Assembly: GCA_033764315.1 (NCBI GenBank)
Contig: JANRJA010000061.1
Span: forward strand, 1-36,843
DNA length: 36,843 bases
Origin: Oculatellaceae cyanobacterium bins.114
Lineage (GTDB): Bacteria > Cyanobacteriota > Cyanobacteriia > Elainellales > Elainellaceae
Direction of reading: 5' to 3'
The notes under the pieces are model-generated. The model was given only the letters and a program-made list of their open reading frames with translations, was not told the DNA's origin and did no database searches. Made by a program: the position numbers and the translations under genes. Shown in pieces: positions 19,283-29,057 of the stretch; position 1 is the stretch's first letter; every line of letters starts with the position of its first letter.

Positions 19283-20085
19283 GGGGGCAGGACTGGAGTC
19301 GCACCAGGGCTAGACGAGGGAACAGGATTGGGTGCTACTTCTGGGGTTTTAGAATTAGGAGCAATAATCACCCATTCTAAATAGCTAACCGGAGCACTCA
19401 GCTCAATCACGGCTTCTGGCGCAGGGCTTTTGTTGAGGTTAATGGATTCGATCCGTCCCACAGGCAACCCTGCTGGAAAGAGTTGACTAAAGGAAGACGT
19501 CGTAATCACGTCTCCTGCCCGCACATCCGGCACCTTGTCAAAAAATTCCATGATTGCCCGATTTTCAGCTTGCCCACGCAAATAACCCATTGAGCGAGAA
19601 CGAGCTACCGTTACCCCAACCTGGCTACTGGGATCACTAATCAATAGCACTCGACTGGTACTGGGAGTGACATGAATCACGCGACCCACAATGCCACCGG
19701 TGCCCAACACAACTGCACCTACCTCAATCCCATCGCGGCTACCTCGACCCACCGTGATCTGCTGCCACCAGTGGTCGGCACTACGACCAATCACTGGAGC
19801 CGTTATGCCTGCCTCAGTGTTACTAGACATATAGCCCAGTAGTTCTTGCAGGCGTCGATTTTGGTTTTCTAGCTCGATTAAACGAGTTTGTAACTCTTGT
19901 AAACGAGCATCTGCCAATACCTCATCGGGCAGAGGGCTGCTGTGAAAGGGACGAGACATCCATTGATAAATTTCCAGGACAATCGTGCCTTGAGTTTGTC
20001 GAACTGTCCATGCGGTTGTGAGAGCAAGACAGACCAGTCCGATCCTCAAGCCATGACGACCCCACCAGCGACGGAGTAGATACAT
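19279..20085 (-). CDS. mreC: Rod shape-determining protein MreC
   Basis: TM plus coiled coil (ELENQNRRLQELL), VIGRSADHWW, GDVITTS and FPAGLPVG. ATG coupled to the mreB TGA. Confidence 0.95.
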   Translation of the reverse strand: MYLLRRWWGRHGLRIGLVCLALTTAWTVRQTQGTIVLEIYQWMSRPFHSSPLPDEVLADARLQELQTRLIELENQNRRLQELLGYMSSNTEAGITAPVIGRSADHWWQQITVGRGSRDGIEVGAVVLGTGGIVGRVIHVTPSTSRVLLISDPSSQVGVTVARSRSMGYLRGQAENRAIMEFFDKVPDVRAGDVITTSSFSQLFPAGLPVGRIESINLNKSPAPEAVIELSAPVSYLEWVIIAPNSKTPEVAPNPVPSSSPGATPVLPP

Positions 20086-21128
20086 CACATATTACGGGAG
20101 CGACCGCTAAATACACGCTCAAGCTGCTTAAAGTTCTCCAATACGCGCCCTGTGCCTAGCACAACACAACTCAATGGGTCGGCGGCAACGTGAACGACGA
20201 TGCCTGTTTCATGGCTAATCAAGGTGTCTAAGCCTTTGAGCAGAGCACCGCCTCCGGCTAACATGATGCCGCGATCGATGATGTCAGCAGCCAGTTCAGG
20301 AGGAGTGCGCTCTAGCGTTCGCTTGACGGCTTCAATAATGACGGAGAGTGGCTCTGCCATTGCTTCCCGAATTTCAGGCCCTTTGACCGTTACAGTGCGA
20401 GGCAACCCTGAGAGCAGGTGCAATCCTCTCACATCCATGATGATTTCATCGTCATCATCGGTGGGATAGGCAGAACCGATTAAGATTTTGATCTCTTCAG
20501 AGGTGCGTTCCCCAATTACCAGGTTGTGAACCTTTTTCATGTATTGGGTGATGGCTTCACTCAGCTCGTCGCCTGCAACCCGGACTGATTCACTCAGCAC
20601 AGTGCCCTGCAAGCTCAGAACGGCAACTTCGGTGGTGCCACCGCCAATGTCGATGATCATGTTACCCGTTGGCTCTGCGACAGGCAGCCCTGCCCCGATC
20701 GCGGCGGCGACAGGTTCATCAATCAAGTACACGTCACGAGCACCCGCTTGAGAAGCAGCCTCCATAACGGCACGACGCTCAACCCCGGTGACTCCACTGG
20801 GAATGCCAATGACGATCCGAGGTGAGACGAGGGTGCGGCCCTCATGGACTCGACGAATAAAGTGTTTGAGCATCAGCTCAGCGGTGTCAAAGTCAGCAAT
20901 GACCCCATCGCGCAGAGGACGCAACGCGACGACGTTGCCAGGTGTCCGACCGAGCATTTTTTTGGCATCTTCCCCAACCGCCAGTGGAACCTTCTCGTCT
21001 TGATCCATAGCTACTACTGAAGGTTCCTGGAGAACGATACCTCTACCAGAGACATAAACAAGGGTATTTGCAGTACCAAGGTCAATACCCATGTCGCGTG
21101 AAAATGAGAAGCGATTGAAGAAACCCAC
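20085..21128 (-). CDS. mreB: Rod shape-determining protein MreB
   Basis: GIDLGTANT, PLRDGVIADF, DIGGGTTEVA and GGGALL. GTG start. Confidence 0.98.
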   Translation of the reverse strand: MGFFNRFSFSRDMGIDLGTANTLVYVSGRGIVLQEPSVVAMDQDEKVPLAVGEDAKKMLGRTPGNVVALRPLRDGVIADFDTAELMLKHFIRRVHEGRTLVSPRIVIGIPSGVTGVERRAVMEAASQAGARDVYLIDEPVAAAIGAGLPVAEPTGNMIIDIGGGTTEVAVLSLQGTVLSESVRVAGDELSEAITQYMKKVHNLVIGERTSEEIKILIGSAYPTDDDDEIIMDVRGLHLLSGLPRTVTVKGPEIREAMAEPLSVIIEAVKRTLERTPPELAADIIDRGIMLAGGGALLKGLDTLISHETGIVVHVAADPLSCVVLGTGRVLENFKQLERVFSGRSRNM

Positions 21129-21582
21129 TAGCTTTCTAAGCCCCCAAAATTAAGTGCTATGGTTTGTGGAAACGGGTCTGATGAAAACACACTTGACCAC
21201 ATAGTCGAAGTGGATTTTATTATGTTTTTTGTGCAGAGTCTAGTCAGGTGAAGTTTGAATTGAATGCAAGCCTGATTTTAATTGAATGCTTGATCTATAC
21301 TCTACAGTCATCGTTCTCAGACGCAAGCAAACTATCAGGATAAAATCGAATCATTCGGAGGCGATCGCCCCCAATTCCTCTAAAATTTTGCTCATGGGAG
21401 ATCGTCTGAAATTCCCACCAGTCAACTAAAAAGCTGATATAAAGCGATGCACTCAAACGGAATAAATGCGGTCGCGAATATAACTAAAACTGGGGCTAAT
21501 GATGAAATCGCTTGAAAAGATTCTGATTAATTTATTTTTTAATTAAAGTTTTTTGGAAATCCCTTCTCAGGTTCGTTAAAAT

Positions 21583-21596
21583 AATACCTATGTACT
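21583..21596. promoter_or_regulatory. Probable LexA box upstream of ssb
   Basis: AATACCTATGTACT has one mismatch to RGTACNNNDGTWCB, is flanked by T and A, and ends 70 bp before the ssb ATG. Confidence 0.55.
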
Positions 21597-21666
21597 AATT
21601 TGTCGGTCAGATTCACGCTTATAGTGTTGAGCATTGAGCGATCGCTAACGTCAGGAAATAAAACGT

Positions 21667-22032
21667 ATGGGTTTAAACGCAATTACTTTGGTGGGTCGCG
21701 CCGGACGAGATCCAGAAGTGAAATACTTTGAGTCGGGTAGTGTGGTTTGTAATTTGACCCTTGCGGTCAATCGTCGCACGCGCAACAATGACGAGCCAGA
21801 CTGGTTTAATTTAGAGATTTGGGGCAAGACCGCAGAAGTTGCCGCTAACTACGTCCGCAAAGGGAGTTTGATTGGCATCAACGGTTCGTTGAAGTTTGAC
21901 CACTGGCAAGATCGCAGTACAGGAGCCGATCGCACCAAACCTGTCATTTTGGTCGATCGTCTAGAGTTGTTAGGCTCTAAACGCGATCAAGAAACTGCTG
22001 GAGGCTCCAACTATAACGACGACGAATTTTAG
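21667..22032 (+). CDS. ssb: Single-stranded DNA-binding protein
   Basis: LVGRAGRDPE, TLAVNR and WGKTAE...KGSLIGI, with an acidic tail DDEF. Confidence 0.96.
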   Translation: MGLNAITLVGRAGRDPEVKYFESGSVVCNLTLAVNRRTRNNDEPDWFNLEIWGKTAEVAANYVRKGSLIGINGSLKFDHWQDRSTGADRTKPVILVDRLELLGSKRDQETAGGSNYNDDEF

Positions 22033-22063
22033 TGGCACCGTGATTTGAGCCTTTGTATCTTTG

Positions 22064-22107
22064 AGATCGGGGTAGGGATATGACAGGCTATATCTCCTAC
22101 CCAATCT
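22064..22107. terminator. Stem-loop between convergent ssb and ABC permease
   Basis: GGGTAGG-GATAT pairs with ATATC-T-CCTACCC, extended by AGAT/ATCT. Confidence 0.5.
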
Positions 22108-22138
22108 TTATCTGCCCTCTGATTCCTACCGTCTCGGC

Positions 22139-22918
22139 TTACTGAATCAGTTGAGGATAGATTTTGCGAACTGCCAGCTTGACAAACACCCCCATTAACA
22201 CCAGCAGCCATAGCAGATTTAACCACCACCACGAGGGCAAGCCGATAGGCCAGCGCAACAGATCAACCAGCGACGACAGGGGTAAGACTCCAGCCACTCG
22301 TTGGAGGGCGATCGGCAGATTTTCACGAGGAAAATAGGTGCCGCACAGCGTAAACATCGGCACAATCAGCAAAAAGATGGGAACGTTGATTTGATCGACC
22401 TGACGCACCCAACCCGCTGTGAGTAGCCCCATTGCCGCAAACAACAAACTGCCCAACACCATCAGTGGCAGCGAGATCAGCAAAGCCCATCCCGAATAAA
22501 TGCCCCAAATCACCGCTACAACCCCTGTCAAGCTACCGGCAATCATGCCTTTGGTGGCAGCCCAGAGCCAATCTCCTAAAAAGACTTCTGCAAAACTCAA
22601 CGGTGCTGTGAGCAAGGCTTGCCAGGTTTTCTGAAAGTTGAGCCGAATAAAGGTGCTATAGGCTCCTTCAAAGAAAGATTGAAAGAGGACTCCAATGCCG
22701 ATCATGGCAGGAGCAATGAACTGGAGGTAGGAGACAGTTTCTCCCTGATAGGTGACATCGCCGACGAGCGGGGTTAACCCATACCCAAAAGCAACCAGAT
22801 AGACAATTGGCTCTGAAACGGGGGGTAAGCAGTTGACGAGCCAGGTTCGTTGATAAACCTTGGCGTGACGATGCCAAACGGAATAAACTCCCCAGGGAGT
22901 AATAGAAAACCCTTTCAT
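22139..22918 (-). CDS. ABC-2 type exporter permease (NodJ-like)
   Basis: EPIVYLVAFGYGL, YLQFIAPA, LTAPLS and GTYFP, with about 6 TM segments. Confidence 0.9.
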   Translation of the reverse strand: MKGFSITPWGVYSVWHRHAKVYQRTWLVNCLPPVSEPIVYLVAFGYGLTPLVGDVTYQGETVSYLQFIAPAMIGIGVLFQSFFEGAYSTFIRLNFQKTWQALLTAPLSFAEVFLGDWLWAATKGMIAGSLTGVVAVIWGIYSGWALLISLPLMVLGSLLFAAMGLLTAGWVRQVDQINVPIFLLIVPMFTLCGTYFPRENLPIALQRVAGVLPLSSLVDLLRWPIGLPSWWWLNLLWLLVLMGVFVKLAVRKIYPQLIQ

Positions 22919-22957
22919 AGCAATGATTCCTCCCGAGTTGTTAAATCTGAGATATTA

Positions 22958-23068
22958 AACCCCGTGTGCGACTTTCCCCAGATCCCCGGTTGCTGTGATG
23001 CAAATCAGACTCCTTTGAGGATGCTGCACGAGCAACCGGGGATCTAAACCTCTAAGTTCACATCGCGT
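22958..23068 (-). repeat. Dispersed nested-palindrome repeat, copy B
   Basis: Reverse complement aligns end to end with copy A. Flanked by ATATTA at 22952-22957 and 23069-23074. Confidence 0.85.
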
Positions 23069-23080
23069 ATATTACTTCGG

Positions 23081-24025
23081 TCATTTCAACAGGCTGCCGG
23101 TGAGCCGCAAAAAGACATCTTCTAGATTGGCTTCTCGTCGAGTGAGGTGGTGTGGGTTGGCGGCTGTTAGTTTTTGCCAAAACAAGTCAACCTCTTGAGA
23201 CGGCAATGCCAACAGATAGCCACTGCCAAAGGGGCGATACCAGGTGCCAAACCCCTCGGCTAATGTCTGTAACTCTGATTCAGGCATCCCTTCCACCTCA
23301 ATCATTTCTTTGCCGATGGTGCGATCGATTAATTCGTTTGGGGTGCCCTGGTCAATCACCTGCCCTTGTTGCAACAGTAAGAGGCGATCGCACAATCGTT
23401 GAGCTTCATCCATGTAGTGCGTGGTCAGCAGCACCCCACACCCTTGGCGTTTCAAATCAATCACCAATTTCCAAAAGTCTTGGCGAGCATCGGGATCGAG
23501 TCCTGTGGTGGGTTCATCTAAAAACACGACTTGCGGATGGTTGATCAAAGCACGCGCCAACACTAACCGCCGCTTCATGCCCCCCGACAGTTCATCGATC
23601 GGGCGATCAGCATAATCTTCTAAATGAACATGAGCCAGCACTTCTCCGGCGCGGGCTCGTGCCGCTTTGCCCACAATGCGGTAATGGTGAGCAAAGTAAA
23701 TCAAGTTTTCAATCACGCTAAAGTCAGGGTCAAGATTATCTTCTTGAGTCACAATGCCCATTTTGGCGCGAGCTTGGCATCCATCCTGCTGGACTTGCAG
23801 CGACCCCAGTTGCACAAACCCTCGACTGGGAACCACGGCCCCATACAACATGCCAACGGTGGTCGTTTTGCCTGCCCCATTGGGACCCAACAACCCCAAC
23901 ACCTCACCTGGGTTAAGCGTGAAGTTAACATTTTGAACTACTGAGCGATCGCCATATTTTTTCCCTAAGTCATAAGCCACCAAGGCTGGGGTCTCATGCT
24001 GAGACTTAAGGTGAGAACGAACCAT
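23081..24025 (-). CDS. ABC exporter ATP-binding protein (NodI-like)
   Basis: GPNGAGKTT, LSGGMKRRL, LDEPTTGLD, TTHYMDEA and LEDVFLRLTG. Confidence 0.93.
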   Translation of the reverse strand: MVRSHLKSQHETPALVAYDLGKKYGDRSVVQNVNFTLNPGEVLGLLGPNGAGKTTTVGMLYGAVVPSRGFVQLGSLQVQQDGCQARAKMGIVTQEDNLDPDFSVIENLIYFAHHYRIVGKAARARAGEVLAHVHLEDYADRPIDELSGGMKRRLVLARALINHPQVVFLDEPTTGLDPDARQDFWKLVIDLKRQGCGVLLTTHYMDEAQRLCDRLLLLQQGQVIDQGTPNELIDRTIGKEMIEVEGMPESELQTLAEGFGTWYRPFGSGYLLALPSQEVDLFWQKLTAANPHHLTRREANLEDVFLRLTGSLLK

Positions 24026-24233
24026 GCGTAGACCTCAAGCACAATGGGTTGACGTACTACATAATATCGTCCTTGTAGTATGAGAAGTCTATCACCCGAT
24101 AGGAGGGAGAAAAGAGAGAAAAAAGAAAAAAGAAGAAGAAAGAAAAAGAAGGCTGAAGGCTAAAGGTTGAGAAGGGAGAGCTACAGCCCAGGAGAGGTCA
24201 GGAAATAATTCTATGGGTGAAAGATAGTTCTTA

Positions 24234-24396
24234 ACGTTAGTTCGGTTTAAGAGCCTAGCGAATAAATTCGCAGCTATCAGAGCGAAGTTCGCCTTCGCGA
24301 ACTACAGAGAATCAAGGGTTGAGTGAACCGACGCAGGTCGGTTTTGCTCCTGTAGTTGCGGTTTCAACCGCCAAAATCCTTATCCCGAATTCACGT
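24234..24396. mobile_element. 163-bp MITE with REP-like hairpins and a 7-bp target site duplication
   Basis: Terminal repeats ACGTTAGTTCGGTTTAAG and (reverse complement) ACGTGAATTCGGGATAAG match 14/18. GTTCTTA lies at 24227-24233 and 24397-24403. Confidence 0.85.
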
Positions 24397-24532
24397 GTTC
24401 TTAGGGACTTTTGTCGATCTCTGCCAGCCTCTACCAGTGCTTAGAGCGGGAGAGTGGGGAAGCAGAACTGCTGTTTTCCGGCTGATTCTTCTTCTTTTTT
24501 CTTTTTTTTCTCTTCTTTTTTCTTTTTTCCTC

Positions 24533-26197
24533 TTATTCTTCTGTGGCTAAAACAACGCAATCGCGTCCCTGACGTTTGGCTTCATATAAAGCGCGATCGG
24601 CGGCTTTGCTCAGGGAGGTGGCATCGAGATAGTGAGGAAACCCAGCGATACCGCAACTAAAGGTTACCGTAAACTCAGAGTTATCAGTTTGCTGAGCCAT
24701 TTGAGCAAACCCCTGACGAATCTCATTGACGACGTGAAACGCGGCATCGGGATCGGTGTCAGGAAAAATAATGGCAAACTCTTCACCGCCATAGCGACCA
24801 ATAATATCGGCTCGGCGGAGTCGTTGTTGCAACAGACGAGAGAGGTTTTTGAGGACGCGATCGCCCGCTAAGTGCCCATAGGTGTCATTCACCGTCTTGA
24901 AGTGATCGATGTCAATCATGGCAAACACTAGATTGCTGGCTTGCCGATAGGCCCGTTGAATTTCAATACACAATTGCTCTTTGACTTTGGTGTGATTGAG
25001 CAACCCGGTTAAACTGTCACGCTCAATCAAAGAGCGAACGACGCTCGATCGCTGTAAGCGAGGCAGAATAGAGGCAACTAAATGCTCAGGGTGAATGGGT
25101 TTGGTGAGAAACATATCGCCCCCGGCTCGAATAGCAGCCAGGTGCCGCTCAATGCTGTTTTCGGCAGAGAGAAAGACGATGGGAATGCCAATATAAGCTC
25201 CGTGTTGGCGCAAAACAGCCGCTAACTCAATGCCATTACACTCTGGCAGATAGAGATCCATCAAAATCAGATCGGGGTTAGTCTCGATTAGAGTGGACAT
25301 CACCTGAAGAGGGTCGGTGACAACGCTGGTTAAAATGCCTGCCTGCTGCAAAATGAGAGCGTAATAGTTAGCGAGAGAGGCATCATCTTCAATAATTAAG
25401 ACGCGATAGAGGTCTTGGCTATCGTGGTGAGTCAAGATGTCGAGTTGGGTGAGCAACTCACTGACATCCACTGGCTTGGTAAAGTAAGCACTGCCTCCGG
25501 CACGAACCGCTTGCAAACGAGCGGTCAAATCATCTCGGGCTGAAACAAACAAGACCGGCAACGGATGATCACGGTCAGCTTGAATCTGAGCGATCGCCTC
25601 TGTGCCTGCGAGTTCTCCTTCAGGTAAGACAATATCCATAATGATGGCAGCAGGGGTAATCTGCTGCATAGCCTCTTGCAAAGCGGTGAGATGCTCAAAG
25701 TGACAAACGGTATAGCCAAAATGGCTCAGGTTAAGACTGAGATGGTGTGCCAGTTCAGGGTCATCTTCGACTAAAAACACCAGATGGGGGTCTTTGGCTT
25801 GACCGATTGGTTTGACTGAAAAAAGCGTAGACGAAGCTTTGACTCGATTCTCTGAGAGGGTTTTAGCGAGTTGATGGAGCGTCTGTTGCAGAAGCGATCG
25901 CTGGTTCTCAAGGGGAGGGGTGTCTAATCTCAACAAAGCATCTACACATTGTTCGACTTGGCGAGCTGCATAACTCACCTCCACAAACCCAAAAGTGGCA
26001 CTAGAACCCAACAGTCGATGACTGAGCAGACGCAAATGGCGCAGCTTATCGAGGCTCCAGGTATCTTGCAGAAGCGATCGCCCAATGCTGGTAATGAGCT
26101 GAATTTTCTGAGGGAGCTGTTGCTCATACTCTTGACGCAAGAGTTGAAATTCTTCCTGCGGAGTTTTGAGCGAGGGTTGAACTGAATTAGCCATCAT
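24533..26197 (-). CDS. Diguanylate cyclase, Hpt-REC-REC-GGDEF
   Basis: Hpt HRLLGSSATFG. REC1 VEDD/IMD/SA/KP and REC2 IEDD/LMD/SA/KP. DSLTGLLN, RRAD I-site and GGEEF. Start at 26197 or 26194. Confidence 0.92.
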   Translation of the reverse strand: MMANSVQPSLKTPQEEFQLLRQEYEQQLPQKIQLITSIGRSLLQDTWSLDKLRHLRLLSHRLLGSSATFGFVEVSYAARQVEQCVDALLRLDTPPLENQRSLLQQTLHQLAKTLSENRVKASSTLFSVKPIGQAKDPHLVFLVEDDPELAHHLSLNLSHFGYTVCHFEHLTALQEAMQQITPAAIIMDIVLPEGELAGTEAIAQIQADRDHPLPVLFVSARDDLTARLQAVRAGGSAYFTKPVDVSELLTQLDILTHHDSQDLYRVLIIEDDASLANYYALILQQAGILTSVVTDPLQVMSTLIETNPDLILMDLYLPECNGIELAAVLRQHGAYIGIPIVFLSAENSIERHLAAIRAGGDMFLTKPIHPEHLVASILPRLQRSSVVRSLIERDSLTGLLNHTKVKEQLCIEIQRAYRQASNLVFAMIDIDHFKTVNDTYGHLAGDRVLKNLSRLLQQRLRRADIIGRYGGEEFAIIFPDTDPDAAFHVVNEIRQGFAQMAQQTDNSEFTVTFSCGIAGFPHYLDATSLSKAADRALYEAKRQGRDCVVLATEE

Positions 26198-26591
26198 GAT
26201 GCCGCTTCCACAGGTCATAAATTTGAGCTGCAAGAGTCATAGGGTCAAACGGTTTAGCGATCACATCCAATGCACCCATTTGCCTGTACTGCTTAATCTC
26301 GTGAGCTTGCACCTTTGCTGTTAAAAAAATGACAGGGGTACGAGCTATTTTGGGGATGTCTCGGAGGGCTTGAAAGGTTTCTAAGCCATCAAACTCCGGA
26401 AGCATCACATCTAAAACAATCAGATCAGGAGCAAATACAGGGGCAACACTTATAGCTTCACGACCAGAGTTACAAATTTCGACCGTAAATTTACCGACCG
26501 ATTGCAATGCCAATTTGGCAATAACCTGAATATCTGGATCGTCTTCTACAAACAAGATGCGACTGAGTGTAGGAGCCACAAGCTCACCCAA
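26187..26591 (-). CDS. Single-domain response regulator receiver
   Basis: FVEDD, PDLIVLDVMLP, FLTA and AKPF. Start (TTG or GTG) uncertain. The stop overlaps the cyclase start. Confidence 0.92.
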   Translation of the reverse strand: MGELVAPTLSRILFVEDDPDIQVIAKLALQSVGKFTVEICNSGREAISVAPVFAPDLIVLDVMLPEFDGLETFQALRDIPKIARTPVIFLTAKVQAHEIKQYRQMGALDVIAKPFDPMTLAAQIYDLWKRHHDG

Positions 26592-26729
26592 GCTGAAAGA
26601 TATAAAAATTGTGGTAGAAGGGAAATAACCTGAATCGTAAACTCTACCTTATTCATACAAGATCAGTGCCATTTTTTACAAAGCGTTAAGTTTTTGCTGT
26701 CACGCTGCGAGTAGCCAGAAGCCGTCTTG

Positions 26730-26814
26730 ACGCGATGGGTAATTTAGGGGAGATCCCCGGTTTCTCGTTGGAGCTGACTGCAAGGTGCCTCGTTACATCC
26801 CTAGAAACCGGGGA
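26730..26814 (+). repeat. Dispersed nested-palindrome repeat, copy C (3'-truncated)
   Basis: ACGCGATG...AGATCCCCGGTTTCTCGTTGGAG (23 nt identical to copy A)...GTTACATCCCTAGAAACCGGGGA. Confidence 0.85.
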
Positions 26815-26893
26815 AGAGTCATCTTAAATAAATTAAATTAATCTATCGGCGTTGTCTCTCTGAATTAGGACACTAGAGCCTCTGTAACCCATC

Positions 26894-29026
26894 TCAAAAA
26901 ATGTGGCTCTGACGATATGAGTCAGAGGGAGGCTGCCACTCAGGTAAGTCGAAATAGAACATTGTGCCAGTTCCCAATTCGGTTTGAAAACCAATTTGCC
27001 CTCCCAACTTTTCGATAATGGCTTTACTAATACTCAATCCCAATCCGGTGCCTCCTTTTTGGCGGCTGTTGGACGCATCTGCTTGAGCAAACTTCTGAAA
27101 AATGCGGTTGTGAAACTCGGTTGGGATGCCATAACCCTGATCTGTAACCGCAACTCGAATGGATTCCTGGTGCCGACTGATCGTAATGTCTACGGTGCTG
27201 TGAGGGCGAGAAAACTTAGCTGCATTAGATAACAGATTTGTCAAAACTTGGCTGAGGCGATCGCCATCGGCTTTGACATAGACCCCTGGAATCGTCTCTC
27301 GCACCACAAACTCGACTGTAAATTGATCTCCATAGGCACGGTTGGCAGCGATCGCTTGCTCTACTAGAGGCTCCAACTCGATTGGCTCTAGGTTGAAATC
27401 GATGGCACCTGACTCAATTTTTTCAATATCCAGAATGTCGTTAATTAAGAGAATCAGGCGATCGCTGTTGCGACAGGCAATATCCAGGAGCGATCGCGCT
27501 TCTTCAGAAACAGGTCCAGTGACTCCACCCAACATCAACCCCAATGATCCCCGAATGGAGGTGAGTGGAGTTCGCAACTCGTGGCTGACAACTGAAACAA
27601 ACTCATTCTTGAGCCGCTCCATTTTTTTGCGGTCAGTGATATCCCGAACGATCGTCAACACCTCTTGCTCACCACTGACGATGACTCGTGCCTCATAATC
27701 TCTCATGCCGTCTTCATAGAGCAGTTGGTATTCATAAACCTGCATCTCCCCGGTGTGTAACGCCTGTTGAATGTAGTGCAAGGCCTGTTGAGCGGCATGA
27801 GCGGGCAGGAAGGTATGGACGGTTTCACCCAAAATGTGATCTGAAAAAAAGTTAAGCGTGCAATCTCTAGGTGCTTTGTAGTCCAAATAGGTGCCATCGG
27901 CTCTTAATCGCAGAATGAGATCGGGAATCGCATCTAACAAAGCTCGATTTCTGACTTCACTCTCTCGTTGTTTTTGCTGCGAATCAGTCAGAATATTTAA
28001 CATCCGATTGAGTTGGTGCGCCAGTTGAGATAATTCATCGCGACCTTTGACGGTGACTCGCAGAGAGGCATCTCCGACTTTGCCGATTGTGCGCACGTCT
28101 GCACTCAACTGCAACAACCGATTTAAGACCAGCTTTTCTAGAAATAACAGGGTCACGCTGCTAAAGACAGTGCCAACAATGACTAAGAGAAACACTAAAT
28201 AGTTTTTAGTCAATTGACCTTCTTGATAAATCCGTCGGGGCACATCAATGCGCAAAATCAGAGCTGGCTCGCCATAAATATCGTTGACCAGCGTATAGCC
28301 TGCGATCGTTTGAGCACTGAGTGGCTCTACCCGGACGGCCTCTGACGTGATGAGTTGAGTCCGAATCTGTTGAAACGTCTCAGGCAACCGAGCATCATCT
28401 AGTCGATAAACGGTGGTGGACAGTCCGGTTTGCTCGGCCAGGGTTTTGACGATCGCCTCGTTTAAGTAGCGTCCAAAAATGAGCGACCCGCGAATTGGCC
28501 CTGGGTGAGTACCCGGCAGAATGGGGTGAGATGCCACCATTAAAATGCCTTCGGGCAAGAGCATGATGCCCGCTAGACTGCTGATGGGTTTGTGATGTTG
28601 CAATAAGGGGCGATCGACGCTCAGGTGAGGGGCAAGACTATCGGGAATAGGGCTTTGACGTTGTTGCTCAAGGTCATATCCGGTGCCAAAGACGATCTCA
28701 CCTGTCGGGCGAGCATAGACCATCAGGTTTAAGCCAAGTCGGGCGATCGTTGCTTCATTGAGGTTGCTGCGAGCATAGGCTGAGTTGACATTGTCGATAA
28801 AGGCATAGGTATCGTCCCACTCTGCCCAATCGCGCACCGTAAACCGCAACTTCGTCAGATCGTCCGACAAAGCATTTTGCACTTGTACTACTTTTTGCTG
28901 CACGTCTTGCCGCTCTAACTCGGCAAATCGGCTCAACAGAAAGGTGCTCAGGAGTGTATATAACACTGCAATGAGACAGATCAAAGTAAAGCCGATGATC
29001 AATAAGATCTTTTGCCGTAGAGTCAT
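26894..29026 (-). CDS. Membrane sensor histidine kinase, CHASE4-HAMP-PAS-HisKA-HATPase
   Basis: TM, DWAEWDDTY (CHASE4), TM, DELSQLAHQLN (HAMP), LLDAIPD...VRDITDRK (PAS), SHELRTPL, NLLSNAAKF and GGTGLGL. ATG 29026 preferred. Confidence 0.92.
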   Translation of the reverse strand: MTLRQKILLIIGFTLICLIAVLYTLLSTFLLSRFAELERQDVQQKVVQVQNALSDDLTKLRFTVRDWAEWDDTYAFIDNVNSAYARSNLNEATIARLGLNLMVYARPTGEIVFGTGYDLEQQRQSPIPDSLAPHLSVDRPLLQHHKPISSLAGIMLLPEGILMVASHPILPGTHPGPIRGSLIFGRYLNEAIVKTLAEQTGLSTTVYRLDDARLPETFQQIRTQLITSEAVRVEPLSAQTIAGYTLVNDIYGEPALILRIDVPRRIYQEGQLTKNYLVFLLVIVGTVFSSVTLLFLEKLVLNRLLQLSADVRTIGKVGDASLRVTVKGRDELSQLAHQLNRMLNILTDSQQKQRESEVRNRALLDAIPDLILRLRADGTYLDYKAPRDCTLNFFSDHILGETVHTFLPAHAAQQALHYIQQALHTGEMQVYEYQLLYEDGMRDYEARVIVSGEQEVLTIVRDITDRKKMERLKNEFVSVVSHELRTPLTSIRGSLGLMLGGVTGPVSEEARSLLDIACRNSDRLILLINDILDIEKIESGAIDFNLEPIELEPLVEQAIAANRAYGDQFTVEFVVRETIPGVYVKADGDRLSQVLTNLLSNAAKFSRPHSTVDITISRHQESIRVAVTDQGYGIPTEFHNRIFQKFAQADASNSRQKGGTGLGLSISKAIIEKLGGQIGFQTELGTGTMFYFDLPEWQPPSDSYRQSHIF

Positions 29027-29057
29027 GGGGTGTTGTCGAGGCGACACACAGGCGAGA

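Noticed and set aside
22139..24025. Nod-factor export interpretation
   Set aside because: NodI/J-like ABC-2 pairs are widespread and no nodABC-like synthesis genes are in the window.
24356..24660. Phe/Ser/Leu-rich ORFs
   Set aside because: Products of the pyrimidine tract and the MITE end.
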